NCBI GenBank assembly: GCA_016702745.1
Contig: JADJDJ010000001.1
Span: 547,463-611,462 of the forward strand
Length of the DNA stretch: 64,000 bases
Source: Chitinophagaceae bacterium
GTDB taxonomy: Bacteria > Bacteroidota > Bacteroidia > Chitinophagales > Chitinophagaceae
Reading direction: 5' to 3'
Shown here in pieces: positions 19,277 to 26,807 of the stretch. A program made the translations under genes and the position numbers. The notes under the pieces were generated by a model. It worked only from the letters and a program-made list of their open reading frames with translations. It searched no databases and was not told where the DNA came from. How positions within the stretch are numbered: position 1 is the first letter of the stretch; each line of letters starts with the position of its first letter.

Positions 19277-20467
19277 ATGGCAACTAAAGAGACCTTCAAA
19301 AGGGACAAACCACACGTTAACGTTGGTACTATCGGTCACATCGACCACGGTAAAACAACTTTAACCGCTGCTATCACTACCATTCTTTCTCAGAAGGGTA
19401 TGGCGGAAGCAAAAAAGTATGATGAAATCGATGCTGCTCCTGAAGAAAAAGAAAGGGGTATCACGATCAACACCGCGCACGTAGAATATCAGACGGCTAA
19501 TCGTCACTATGCGCACGTTGACTGTCCCGGTCACGCCGACTACGTAAAGAACATGATCACAGGTGCTGCCCAGATGGACGGCGCTATCCTGGTTGTGGCT
19601 GCTACTGATGGTCCCATGCCCCAGACAAAAGAACACATCCTGCTGGCCCGCCAGGTAGGCGTACCCCGTATGGTGGTGTTTATGAATAAAGTTGACCTGG
19701 TTGACGATCCTGAACTGCTCGACCTGGTTGAAATGGAGATCCGCGATCTGCTGACCTTCTACGGTTTCGATGGTAACAATACCCCAATCATCAAAGGTTC
19801 TGCTGCCGGCGCTCTGGCTGGTGAAGAAAAATGGGTGAAAGGTGTAGAAGAGCTGATGGAAGCTGTTGATACTTACATTCCCCTGCCTCCCCGCCCGGTT
19901 GATCAGGCTTTCCTGATGTCTGTAGAGGATGTATTCTCTATTACCGGTCGTGGTACAGTTGCCACTGGTCGTATCGAAAGAGGTCGTATCAAAGTGGGTG
20001 AAGCTGTTGAGATCGTAGGTCTGATCGAAAAGCCGCTCGCTTCTGTATGTACAGGTGTGGAAATGTTCCGCAAACTCCTTGATGAAGGTGAAGCTGGAGA
20101 CAACGCAGGTCTGCTGCTCCGTGGTATTGAAAAAACCCAGATCCGTCGCGGTATGGTTATCGTGAAGCCGGGTTCTATCACTCCGCACACTGAATTTAAA
20201 GCTGAAGTATACGTACTGAGCAAAGAAGAAGGTGGTCGTCACACTCCATTCTTCAACAAATACCGTCCTCAGTTCTACTTCCGTACAACTGACGTTACCG
20301 GAGAAGTTGAACTGAACGCAGGTACTGAAATGGTGATGCCTGGTGATAACACTTCACTCACTGTGAAGCTGATCCAGCCCATCGCGATGGAAAAAGGTCT
20401 GAAATTCGCGATCCGCGAAGGTGGCCGTACCGTAGGTGCCGGTCAGGTGACTGAAATCCTTAAGTAA
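19277..20467 (+). CDS. tuf: Elongation factor Tu
   Basis: [37 protein letters not shown] and NKVD G-motifs. Start trimmed to the ATG at 19277. Confidence 0.98.
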   Translation: MATKETFKRDKPHVNVGTIGHIDHGKTTLTAAITTILSQKGMAEAKKYDEIDAAPEEKERGITINTAHVEYQTANRHYAHVDCPGHADYVKNMITGAAQMDGAILVVAATDGPMPQTKEHILLARQVGVPRMVVFMNKVDLVDDPELLDLVEMEIRDLLTFYGFDGNNTPIIKGSAAGALAGEEKWVKGVEELMEAVDTYIPLPPRPVDQAFLMSVEDVFSITGRGTVATGRIERGRIKVGEAVEIVGLIEKPLASVCTGVEMFRKLLDEGEAGDNAGLLLRGIEKTQIRRGMVIVKPGSITPHTEFKAEVYVLSKEEGGRHTPFFNKYRPQFYFRTTDVTGEVELNAGTEMVMPGDNTSLTVKLIQPIAMEKGLKFAIREGGRTVGAGQVTEILK

Positions 20468-20545
20468 GAAGCTGTTAGCCCTGCCTGCCAGCCGGCAGGT
20501 TAAAGCAATAAAACGCTACGGGCAGGCTTTTTCAAAGAAGAATTG

Positions 20546-20553
20546 TATCTTTG
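20546..20553 (+). promoter_or_regulatory. Possible -7 promoter box (TAtcTTTG) for tRNA-Trp/secE/nusG
   Basis: Exact TAnnTTTG match. A strong hairpin begins about 10 nt downstream, so the assignment is uncertain. Confidence 0.3.
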
Positions 20554-20562
20554 TAACATAGT

Positions 20563-20600
20563 GCTAAAAGCTGTTCCGGTCAATCGGAATAGCTTTTAGC
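20563..20600 (+). other. 16-bp stem-loop (GCTAAAAGCTGTTCCG-GTCAAT-CGGAATAGCTTTTAGC)
   Basis: Pairing checked by hand: 15 Watson-Crick pairs plus 1 G-U, followed by TTTCTT. It could be the tuf terminator or a leader structure. Confidence 0.5.
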
Positions 20601-20662
20601 TTTCTTACCCCCCAGCCCCCTGAAGGGGGGCTGAAATTTTCCCCTTTAGGGGACAGGGGCTT

Positions 20663-21004
20663 ACGGGCGTAGTTCTCCCGATAGCTATCGGGAGGCAGAA
20701 TAGTTCTTTTTACGGGCGTAGTTCTCCCGATAACTATCGGGAGGCAGAATAGTTCTTTTTACGGGCGTAGTTCTCCCGATAACTATCGGGAGGCAGAATA
20801 GTTCTTTTACGGGCGTAGTTCTCCCGATAGCTATCGGGAGGCAGAATAGTTCTTTTTACGGGCGTAGTTCTCCCGATAACTATCGGGAGGCAGAATAGTT
20901 CTTTTTACGGGCGTAGTTCTCCCGATAGCTATCGGGAGGCAGAATAGTTCTTTTTACGGGCGTAGTTCTCCCGATAGCTATCGGGAGGCAGAATAGTTCT
21001 TTTT
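20663..21004 (+). repeat. Seven tandem 49-bp units derived from nt 1-26 of tRNA-Trp, each with an 18-nt palindrome
   Basis: Unit starts at 20663, 20712, 20761, 20809, 20858, 20907 and 20956. Unit = ACGGGCGTAGTTC + TCCCGATA(G/A)CTATCGGGA + GGCAGAATAG + TTCTTTTT. The next period begins at nt 1 of the real tRNA-Trp. Confidence 0.95.
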
Positions 21005-21075
21005 ACGGGCGTAGTTCAATGGCAGAATAGCGGTCTCCAAAACCGTTGATGGGAGTTCGAATCTCTCCGCCCGTG
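21005..21075 (+). tRNA. tRNA-Trp (anticodon CCA)
   Basis: Acceptor ACGGGCG/CGCCCGT, D arm GTTC-AATGGCA-GAAT, anticodon arm GCGGT-CTCCAAA-ACCGT, T arm GGGAG-TTCGAAT-CTCTC, discriminator G. Confidence 0.92.
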
Positions 21076-21124
21076 CAGATTAGTTAACTTGTTAATCAGT
21101 TGAAAAGTTGAAAAGGAAAACCCT

Positions 21125-21156
21125 GTCAACCGTTCAACTTGTCAACCTTTCAACTT
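21125..21156. repeat. Octamer tract GTCAACCG-TTCAACTT-GTCAACCT-TTCAACTT abutting the secE start codon
   Basis: The CAAC core recurs every 8 nt, four times. GTTGAAAA x2 at 21099-21114 lies in inverted orientation. This is the reverse-complement family of 22049-22096. Confidence 0.7.
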
Positions 21157-21157
21157 T

Positions 21158-21352
21158 ATGAGCAAAATCGCGAATTATTTCCGGGACTCTTATTTGGAGT
21201 TAAAAGACAAAGTGACCTGGCCTACCTGGCCCCAGTTGCAGCAATCAACCATGATTGTACTCGCAGCCACGATCGTCATTACTTTCGTTGTACTGGCGAT
21301 GGATTTTGTGTTCGGAAATGGTCTGAAGTTTATTTACAAACAACTTTTCTAA
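21158..21352 (+). CDS. secE: Preprotein translocase subunit SecE
   Basis: 64 aa with a single C-terminal TM helix: YLELKDKVTWPTWPQLQQSTMIVLAATIVITFVV. Conserved position before nusG. Confidence 0.92.
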   Translation: MSKIANYFRDSYLELKDKVTWPTWPQLQQSTMIVLAATIVITFVVLAMDFVFGNGLKFIYKQLF

Positions 21353-21355
21353 ACA

Positions 21356-21937
21356 ATGGATGCAGCTACAGCAAATACAGAAAATGTACAGCAGCAGGAT
21401 ACCAAGTGGTATGTATTGCGGGTTGTAAGCGGCAAGGAAAAGAAGGTAAAAGAATACCTGGATAAAGAAGTGAGCCGCGGCGGATGGGACCAGGTTAAAC
21501 AGGTTTTCCTTCCCGTAGAGAAAGTGTACAAAGTTGCCAATGGTAAAAAAGTAATGCGGGAGAGAAACTATTATCCCGGTTATGTGATGATCGAAATTGC
21601 CAATGGCAAACTGTCTGACGACCTGAAAGATATTATCAAGAATACCACCAATGTGATCCATTTTCTCGGGAAAGAAGATCCCATTGCCCTTCGCAAAGCC
21701 GAAGTCAATAAGATGCTCGGCAAAATGGACGAAATGGCCGAAAGCGGTGGCGTGAGCATGGTAGAACCCTTTATCGTGGGTGAAACCATCAAGATCATCG
21801 AAGGACCATTCAACGACTTCAATGGCGTAATCGAAGAAGTAAACGATGAGAAGAAGAAACTGAAAGTAACCGTGAAAATCTTCGGTCGCTCTACCCCTGT
21901 TGAATTGAACTATATGCAGGTGGAAAAGATCAGCTAA
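21356..21937 (+). CDS. nusG: Transcription termination/antitermination factor NusG
   Basis: NGN domain (KWYVLRVVSGKEKKV) and C-terminal KOW domain (GETIKIIEGPFNDFNGVIEEV). Confidence 0.96.
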   Translation: MDAATANTENVQQQDTKWYVLRVVSGKEKKVKEYLDKEVSRGGWDQVKQVFLPVEKVYKVANGKKVMRERNYYPGYVMIEIANGKLSDDLKDIIKNTTNVIHFLGKEDPIALRKAEVNKMLGKMDEMAESGGVSMVEPFIVGETIKIIEGPFNDFNGVIEEVNDEKKKLKVTVKIFGRSTPVELNYMQVEKIS

Positions 21938-21962
21938 AGAAAAGAAGCAGTTTAAATATTTG

Positions 21963-21996
21963 AACCATCAGTTTGAAAAAGCTGATGGTTTTTTAT
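21963..21996 (+). terminator. Rho-independent terminator after nusG
   Basis: AACCATCAG-TTTGAAAAAG-CTGATGGTT forms a 9-bp stem, followed by TTTTTATTT. Confidence 0.7.
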
Positions 21997-22016
21997 TTGG
22001 GGAGAGGATATTGAGA

Positions 22017-22096
22017 TATCAGGATATTGGGATATTAGTATTTTGGAAGTTGAAAAGTTGAGTAGTTGAACGGTTGAAAGGTTGAGAAGTTGAAAC
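22017..22096. repeat. Ten consecutive phase-locked octamers: GATATNNN x4 then GTTGANNN x6
   Basis: GATATTGA GATATCAG GATATTGG GATATTAG GTTGAAAA GTTGAGTA GTTGAACG GTTGAAAG GTTGAGAA GTTGAAAC, with no phase break. Confidence 0.9.
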
Positions 22097-22147
22097 GGAA
22101 CCGGTGTCGTGTACGATTGTTGTGACGGTCTTCGCTTCCGTTTTAAT

Positions 22148-22175
22148 GACTATCGACTAACGACTAACGACTGCT
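22148..22175. repeat. Heptamer tract GACTATC-GACTAAC-GACTAAC-GACTGCT (TAGTC family on the minus strand)
   Basis: Four in-phase heptamers overlapping the stop codon (22164-22166) of the minus-strand ORF. Confidence 0.8.
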
Positions 22176-22742
22176 CCCTCTGATCAACTTCACCATCACT
22201 TCAAATGAAACCAGCACCCCGTTCTTACTGCCATCGCGGATCTGGCGGTAATATTCTCCAGCTACATAGCATCTCCAGCCATAACCATTATACCCTAACG
22301 ATAAAAATTTAACACCGGCGATATCCCGGTTTCCTAAACCTTTCCAGTAAAAGATTTCAGTACCGACTGAAAATGCCGCACGATTGTATAACCCGACGGA
22401 CATGGGAAAATAAGCCGGGTTCCGGGGGTGAAAATAAGTGGAGTCAAATTGCTTTGCCTTACAAAATAGAAATCCACCCTGCAAGCTCAATACGATAAAA
22501 TGGGAGCCTTCTTTTTTCTTTCGCCAGGGCAGGGGATGATCATAACGCAAACCCGGTTGAATGGAAAGGGCATCTGCTTCGGTGACATAAAATTCATTGG
22601 CACCAAAGCGGATTTGGCCAGGTACCAGTTTGAGTGAAAGAGCCAGTTCGGGTTCCGGGAGATTTGATTGGGCCATTCCTGAAAGGGACAAAATCAGCAA
22701 AATCCCAAAACTGGCAGATATGGCTTTAAACAGCTGTTTCAC
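22164..22742 (-). CDS. Hypothetical secreted or outer-membrane protein (192 aa) lying between nusG and rplK
   Basis: Signal peptide ILLILSLSGMAQS, then alternating aromatic/Gly beta-strand-like segments. I recognise no catalytic motif. Confidence 0.55.
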   Translation of the reverse strand: MKQLFKAISASFGILLILSLSGMAQSNLPEPELALSLKLVPGQIRFGANEFYVTEADALSIQPGLRYDHPLPWRKKKEGSHFIVLSLQGGFLFCKAKQFDSTYFHPRNPAYFPMSVGLYNRAAFSVGTEIFYWKGLGNRDIAGVKFLSLGYNGYGWRCYVAGEYYRQIRDGSKNGVLVSFEVMVKLIRGSSR

Positions 22743-22886
22743 TCATTGATATTTTTGAATAGAGATGGTCTATCTCAAAACGACCCTTCAGCTTAATTAG
22801 TATTTTAGGTAAAGTAACTGAAAGTCAATAGATTGCGTATTGGAATCTTTTTCGAAATTTCTTATAAAAAATTCCTTTACAAAGCT

Positions 22887-22894
22887 TAGCTTTG
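22887..22894 (+). promoter_or_regulatory. Putative -7 promoter box (TAgcTTTG) for rplK-rplA-rplJ-rplL
   Basis: Exact TAnnTTTG match 147 nt upstream of the rplK ATG. Confidence 0.4.
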
Positions 22895-23040
22895 CAGCCC
22901 CAATTAGTTCTTTGTTACCCGTCATAGCCTTTGGCGAAGGCGGGTTGAAATTGAAATTCTGCCAAAGCGAAAGCAGCGGCTGAAAATGGGAGACCAAGTA
23001 GAATAAACGAAAGGTCGTTATAACCAAAAAAGATTTAGAA

Positions 23041-23484
23041 ATGGCAAAAGAAATCAGCGGCTTTGTAAAGCTGCAATGCAAGGGCGGCCAGGCCAACCCG
23101 GCACCGCCAATCGGTCCTGCACTGGGTTCCAAGGGTATCAACATCATGGAATTCTGTAAGCAGTTCAACGCAAGAACACAGGACAAACCTGGTAAAGTTC
23201 TCCCCGTATTAATCACCGTTTACACCGACAAGAGTTTTGATTTTATCATCAAAACACCTCCTGCAGCTGTACAGCTGATGGAAGCGGCAAAAATTCAGAA
23301 AGGTTCCAAAGAGAGCAACCGTATCAAAGTAGGTAAAGTGAACTGGGCACAGGTAGAAGAAATCGCTAAAGACAAAATGCCTGACCTGAACTGCTTTACT
23401 ATTGAAAGCGCCATGAAAATGGTTGCCGGTACGGCCCGCAGCATGGGCTTAACGGTAGAAGGAAAAGCTCCCTGGGATAATTAA
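23041..23484 (+). CDS. rplK: 50S ribosomal protein L11
   Basis: [43 protein letters not shown]. Confidence 0.98.
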   Translation: MAKEISGFVKLQCKGGQANPAPPIGPALGSKGINIMEFCKQFNARTQDKPGKVLPVLITVYTDKSFDFIIKTPPAAVQLMEAAKIQKGSKESNRIKVGKVNWAQVEEIAKDKMPDLNCFTIESAMKMVAGTARSMGLTVEGKAPWDN

Positions 23485-23534
23485 TGCCCCTAAATCCCCT
23501 GAAGGGGACTTCAAAACTCTTAAACGAATTTATT

Positions 23535-24230
23535 ATGTCATTCATCAGTAAAAAAAGAAAAGTTGCCGACACCAAGGTGGACGGTAATAAATCATATTCC
23601 TTAAAGGATGCATCCACACTGGTAAAGCAAATCACTACCTGTAAGTTCGATGCCTCTGTTGACCTGCACGTACGTCTGGGTGTTGATCCCAAAAAAGCAG
23701 ATCAGGCGATCCGTGGTACCGTTACCCTGCCACATGGTACCGGTAAAACCAAAAAAGTACTCGTACTCTGTACACCAGATAAAGAAGCCGAAGCAAAAGC
23801 AGCCGGCGCTGATTATGTTGGTCTGGATGAGTATGTCACCAAGATCGAAGGCGGATGGGTGGATATCGATGTGATCATCGCTACCCCCAGCGTCATGCCT
23901 AAGATCGGTAAACTGGGTAAAGTGCTCGGTCCCCGTAACCTGATGCCAAACCCCAAAACCGGAACCGTTAGCAATGATGTGGCTGGTGCTGTTAATGAAG
24001 TAAAAGGCGGTAAAATCGCTTTCAAAGTTGACAAAGCCGGTATCATCCATGCTTCTATCGGAAGAATCAGTTTTACTCCGGAGAAAATTGCTGAAAACAG
24101 CCAGGAGTTGCTGAATGCAATTATCCGTGCCAAGCCGTCTAGTGCCAAGGGTACCTACCTCAGAGGCATCAGCATGGCCAGCACCATGAGCCCCGGTATC
24201 AATATCGACGCTAAAGCATTCGCACACTAA
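23535..24230 (+). CDS. rplA: 50S ribosomal protein L1
   Basis: [33 protein letters not shown]. Start trimmed to the ATG at 23535; the upstream 17 codons of the ORF track run through a CCCCTGAAGGGG hairpin. Confidence 0.96.
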   Translation: MSFISKKRKVADTKVDGNKSYSLKDASTLVKQITTCKFDASVDLHVRLGVDPKKADQAIRGTVTLPHGTGKTKKVLVLCTPDKEAEAKAAGADYVGLDEYVTKIEGGWVDIDVIIATPSVMPKIGKLGKVLGPRNLMPNPKTGTVSNDVAGAVNEVKGGKIAFKVDKAGIIHASIGRISFTPEKIAENSQELLNAIIRAKPSSAKGTYLRGISMASTMSPGINIDAKAFAH

Positions 24231-24274
24231 GAACGGCGGACAAACAACATTAAAAAAAGTCAAATACCAATAAA

Positions 24275-24790
24275 ATGACTAAAGAGCAAAAAAATGAAGT
24301 GATCGAAGTACTGAAGGGTAAATTCTCCCAGTACAATAACTTCTATGTTACCGATACAGAAGCCCTGTCTGTTGAGCAGATAGGTAAACTCCGCCGGGCC
24401 TGTTTCGACAAGCAGGTGGAAATGAAAGTGGCCAAGAACACCCTGATCAAAAAGGCACTCGAGTCACTGGACAATGAAAAATATGCAGGCATGTATGATT
24501 CCCTGCATAAAGTAACGGCCCTGATGTTCTCTGAGAACCCCAAGGATCCGGCTTTAATCATCAGTTCTTTCCGCAAGGCAAGCAATGGTGAAAAACCCGT
24601 GATGAAAGCCGCCTTTATCAATGGTGATGTGTACATGGGCGACAACCAGCTGGTGACGCTTACGAAGATCAAGACGAAGAACGAACTGATCGGCGAAGTG
24701 ATCGGATTGCTGCAATCTCCTGCCAAGCGCGTACTGGCTGCATTACTGCACCACCACGAGCAAAAAGCAGAAGCACCTGCTGCAGAGTAA
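24275..24790 (+). CDS. rplJ: 50S ribosomal protein L10
   Basis: MTKEQKNEVIEVLKGKFSQYNNFYVTDTEALSVEQIGKLRRAC, in the conserved position. Confidence 0.95.
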   Translation: MTKEQKNEVIEVLKGKFSQYNNFYVTDTEALSVEQIGKLRRACFDKQVEMKVAKNTLIKKALESLDNEKYAGMYDSLHKVTALMFSENPKDPALIISSFRKASNGEKPVMKAAFINGDVYMGDNQLVTLTKIKTKNELIGEVIGLLQSPAKRVLAALLHHHEQKAEAPAAE

Positions 24791-24980
24791 TTTGAAAGTT
24801 TCAGGTTGGGCGTTTAAAATTTTAAATGACCAGCTCAAAAACATAATGACCCGGTCCCCCGGCCGGGTTTTAAAAACTCCCTTCACCGGGATGGGGACAA
24901 ACAAATTTTTTTAATCATCCGCCGGATGATGTACTCCGGAAAAAGTACAAAGAAATGAAGGCGGGAAAAATTCAAACAAA

Positions 24981-25355
24981 ATGGCAGACGTAAAAGCATT
25001 AGCAGAAAGCCTGGTAGGCTTAACAGTAAAAGAAGTACAGGAACTGGCTGACTTCCTGAAAACAGAGTACGGTATCGAGCCTGCAGCAGCAGCAGTTATT
25101 GTAAGCGGCGATGGCGGCGGTGGAGCTGCAGCAGTAGAAGAGAAAACTGCATTCAACGTAGTGTTGAAGAGTGGTGGTGCTTCTAAACTGAACGTAGTTA
25201 AAATCGTTAAAGACCTGACTGGTCTGGGACTGAAAGAAGCCAAAGACCTGGTTGACGGCGCTCCTAAGAACGTGAAAGAAGGTGTTTCTAAAGCAGAAGC
25301 TGAAGATATCGCAGCTAAGCTGAAAGAAGCAGGTGCTGATGTTGAAATCGCTTAA
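24981..25355 (+). CDS. rplL: 50S ribosomal protein L7/L12
   Basis: Ala/Gly hinge [20 protein letters not shown] and C-terminal domain [35 protein letters not shown]. Confidence 0.98.
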   Translation: MADVKALAESLVGLTVKEVQELADFLKTEYGIEPAAAAVIVSGDGGGGAAAVEEKTAFNVVLKSGGASKLNVVKIVKDLTGLGLKEAKDLVDGAPKNVKEGVSKAEAEDIAAKLKEAGADVEIA

Positions 25356-25378
25356 GACTACCAGCGAATAAAATTAAG

Positions 25379-25403
25379 AACCCTCCAAACGGAGGGTTTT
25401 TTT
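25379..25403 (+). terminator. Rho-independent terminator or attenuator after rplL
   Basis: AACCCTCC-AAAC-GGAGGGTT followed by a T7 run. Confidence 0.75.
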
Positions 25404-25540
25404 ATTTGGGATAATAGTATTCTTATCGGCGATTGATACGACAAGCTCCACTTCAACATGCTTAGTGTGACAAGGGCGAAAGAGCTTAATTCATCAAGGA
25501 GATGATTATCGCATAAACATTTAAGCAAGGCCTGGGTATT

Positions 25541-25570
25541 TTTATGTCACCCTGAGCTTGTCGAAGGGTG
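25541..25570. repeat. REP-like hairpin CACCCT-GAGCTTGTCGA-AGGGTG
   Basis: 6-bp stem. The GTCGAAGG motif also occurs at 18385-18400 (CATGTCGAAGGTGGGG). A similar hairpin, ATCCC-GAACATAGTGA-GGGAT, is at about 36220-36242. Confidence 0.5.
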
Positions 25571-25588
25571 TTTTAAAGTATTTCTTAG

Positions 25589-26542
25589 TTACTGTGTAGT
25601 CAGATAGGGGAACATTTTTTGAAATACATCTTCTGTAACTGCTGCAATTTTTTTCAAATCCTCCAGCCGGTTAAAAGGTCCATGTTCACTCCGGTACGCC
25701 ACAATGGGCCGTGCCAGCGTGAACCGGAGATAAGGATGTGCTTTCAATTCCTCCAGCGTAGCGGTATTGATATTTATTTTCCGCAACTGGGGTTGATCCA
25801 GTTTTAACCAGGACCGGATTTTCTGAAAGGTGGAATCCGCTAATCCAAATGTCTCTGCCACCTGACTGATTGCATAAAACCCGCCCAGCTTCTCCCTGAA
25901 ATTCACAATGCGTGCAGCTAATTTACTCCCGATACCGGGCAGGGCAATCCAGGCACTGGTATCGGCGAGGTTGATATCAATCACGGTAAAACGAGCAGGA
26001 GGGGCAGGTCTGGTTCTGGGTTTTTCCTCTGTACTGGCTTTTTCAGTATTTGCAGTTGTCAGCGCTTCAATCCGGATAAAAGGAACCAGTCTTTCGTATT
26101 CATCCGGGAACAGGCCATAGATTTTCTGAAGATCCTCCGCCTTTCTGAAGTGACCTCCCTTGCTTAGAAAATTCCGGATCGTTTTAATGGTTTTATCCCT
26201 CAAGCCCAATTCCCGCCAGCCCTCATCGTTTACCGTATTCGGATCAAAATAAAAAAGCCGGATGGAGCGCTTTGGTTCACGGTTGTATTGATCAGAGTTC
26301 CCTTTGTATGGCGACCTGTTGTTCTGATACCCGGGACCGGCTTCTTCCGGTTCGCCTGGCTGCTCCAATTGCCGGACGGCGGCCATCCAGCTGGTATCAG
26401 CCGGAACAGGAGCAGGGGAGCGGGTACCCAGGTAGGCAGGTACAAAAAAAATAACCAGTATTAAAAAGAGGAGGATCCCAATCGCCAGCCGGTCGCGGCG
26501 GCTGAAACTCAGATAATCGGACAGTATTTCTTTCCATTTCAT
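25589..26542 (-). CDS. ComEA-like helix-hairpin-helix DNA-binding protein with an N-terminal TM anchor
   Basis: TM segment LAIGILLFLILVIFFV. HhH repeats: DINLADTSAWIALPGIGSKLAARIVNFREKLGGF and ININTATLEELKAHPYLRFTLARPIVAYRSEHGPF. Confidence 0.7.
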   Translation of the reverse strand: MKWKEILSDYLSFSRRDRLAIGILLFLILVIFFVPAYLGTRSPAPVPADTSWMAAVRQLEQPGEPEEAGPGYQNNRSPYKGNSDQYNREPKRSIRLFYFDPNTVNDEGWRELGLRDKTIKTIRNFLSKGGHFRKAEDLQKIYGLFPDEYERLVPFIRIEALTTANTEKASTEEKPRTRPAPPARFTVIDINLADTSAWIALPGIGSKLAARIVNFREKLGGFYAISQVAETFGLADSTFQKIRSWLKLDQPQLRKININTATLEELKAHPYLRFTLARPIVAYRSEHGPFNRLEDLKKIAAVTEDVFQKMFPYLTTQ

Positions 26543-26656
26543 GCCCCAATTTTAGTCCGTTTGCGTGGGCTGCGTATGGGATAAAAACCGGTTCCAGACG
26601 TTGTTTTGGCCGGATTATTGTGAGCAAAGTTTTCTTGGCCAAGAACATAAAATCCT

Positions 26657-26664
26657 TACCTTTG
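26657..26664 (+). promoter_or_regulatory. Putative -7 promoter box (TAccTTTG) with an upstream TTG, for rpoBC
   Basis: TTG at 26635-26637 lies 19 nt upstream of TAccTTTG. The box is about 145 nt upstream of the rpoB ATG. Confidence 0.45.
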
Positions 26665-26807
26665 CCATCCTTTATTTTGGCCAAATATATTTTGACATCC
26701 CAATCCATGTGTAAGTGACTGAAATTCACAGTGTTTTGTTTTTTCAAAAATGAAACCCTGGGTGTGATTGGTATGTTCGCAACGTTGTAAAAAACCGGTT
26801 TTACGCT

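Noticed and set aside
20663-21004. The regular 49-bp repeat array could be a CRISPR array.
   Set aside because: The units are contiguous with no unique spacers and there are no cas genes in the window. The unit is clearly derived from tRNA-Trp nt 1-26.
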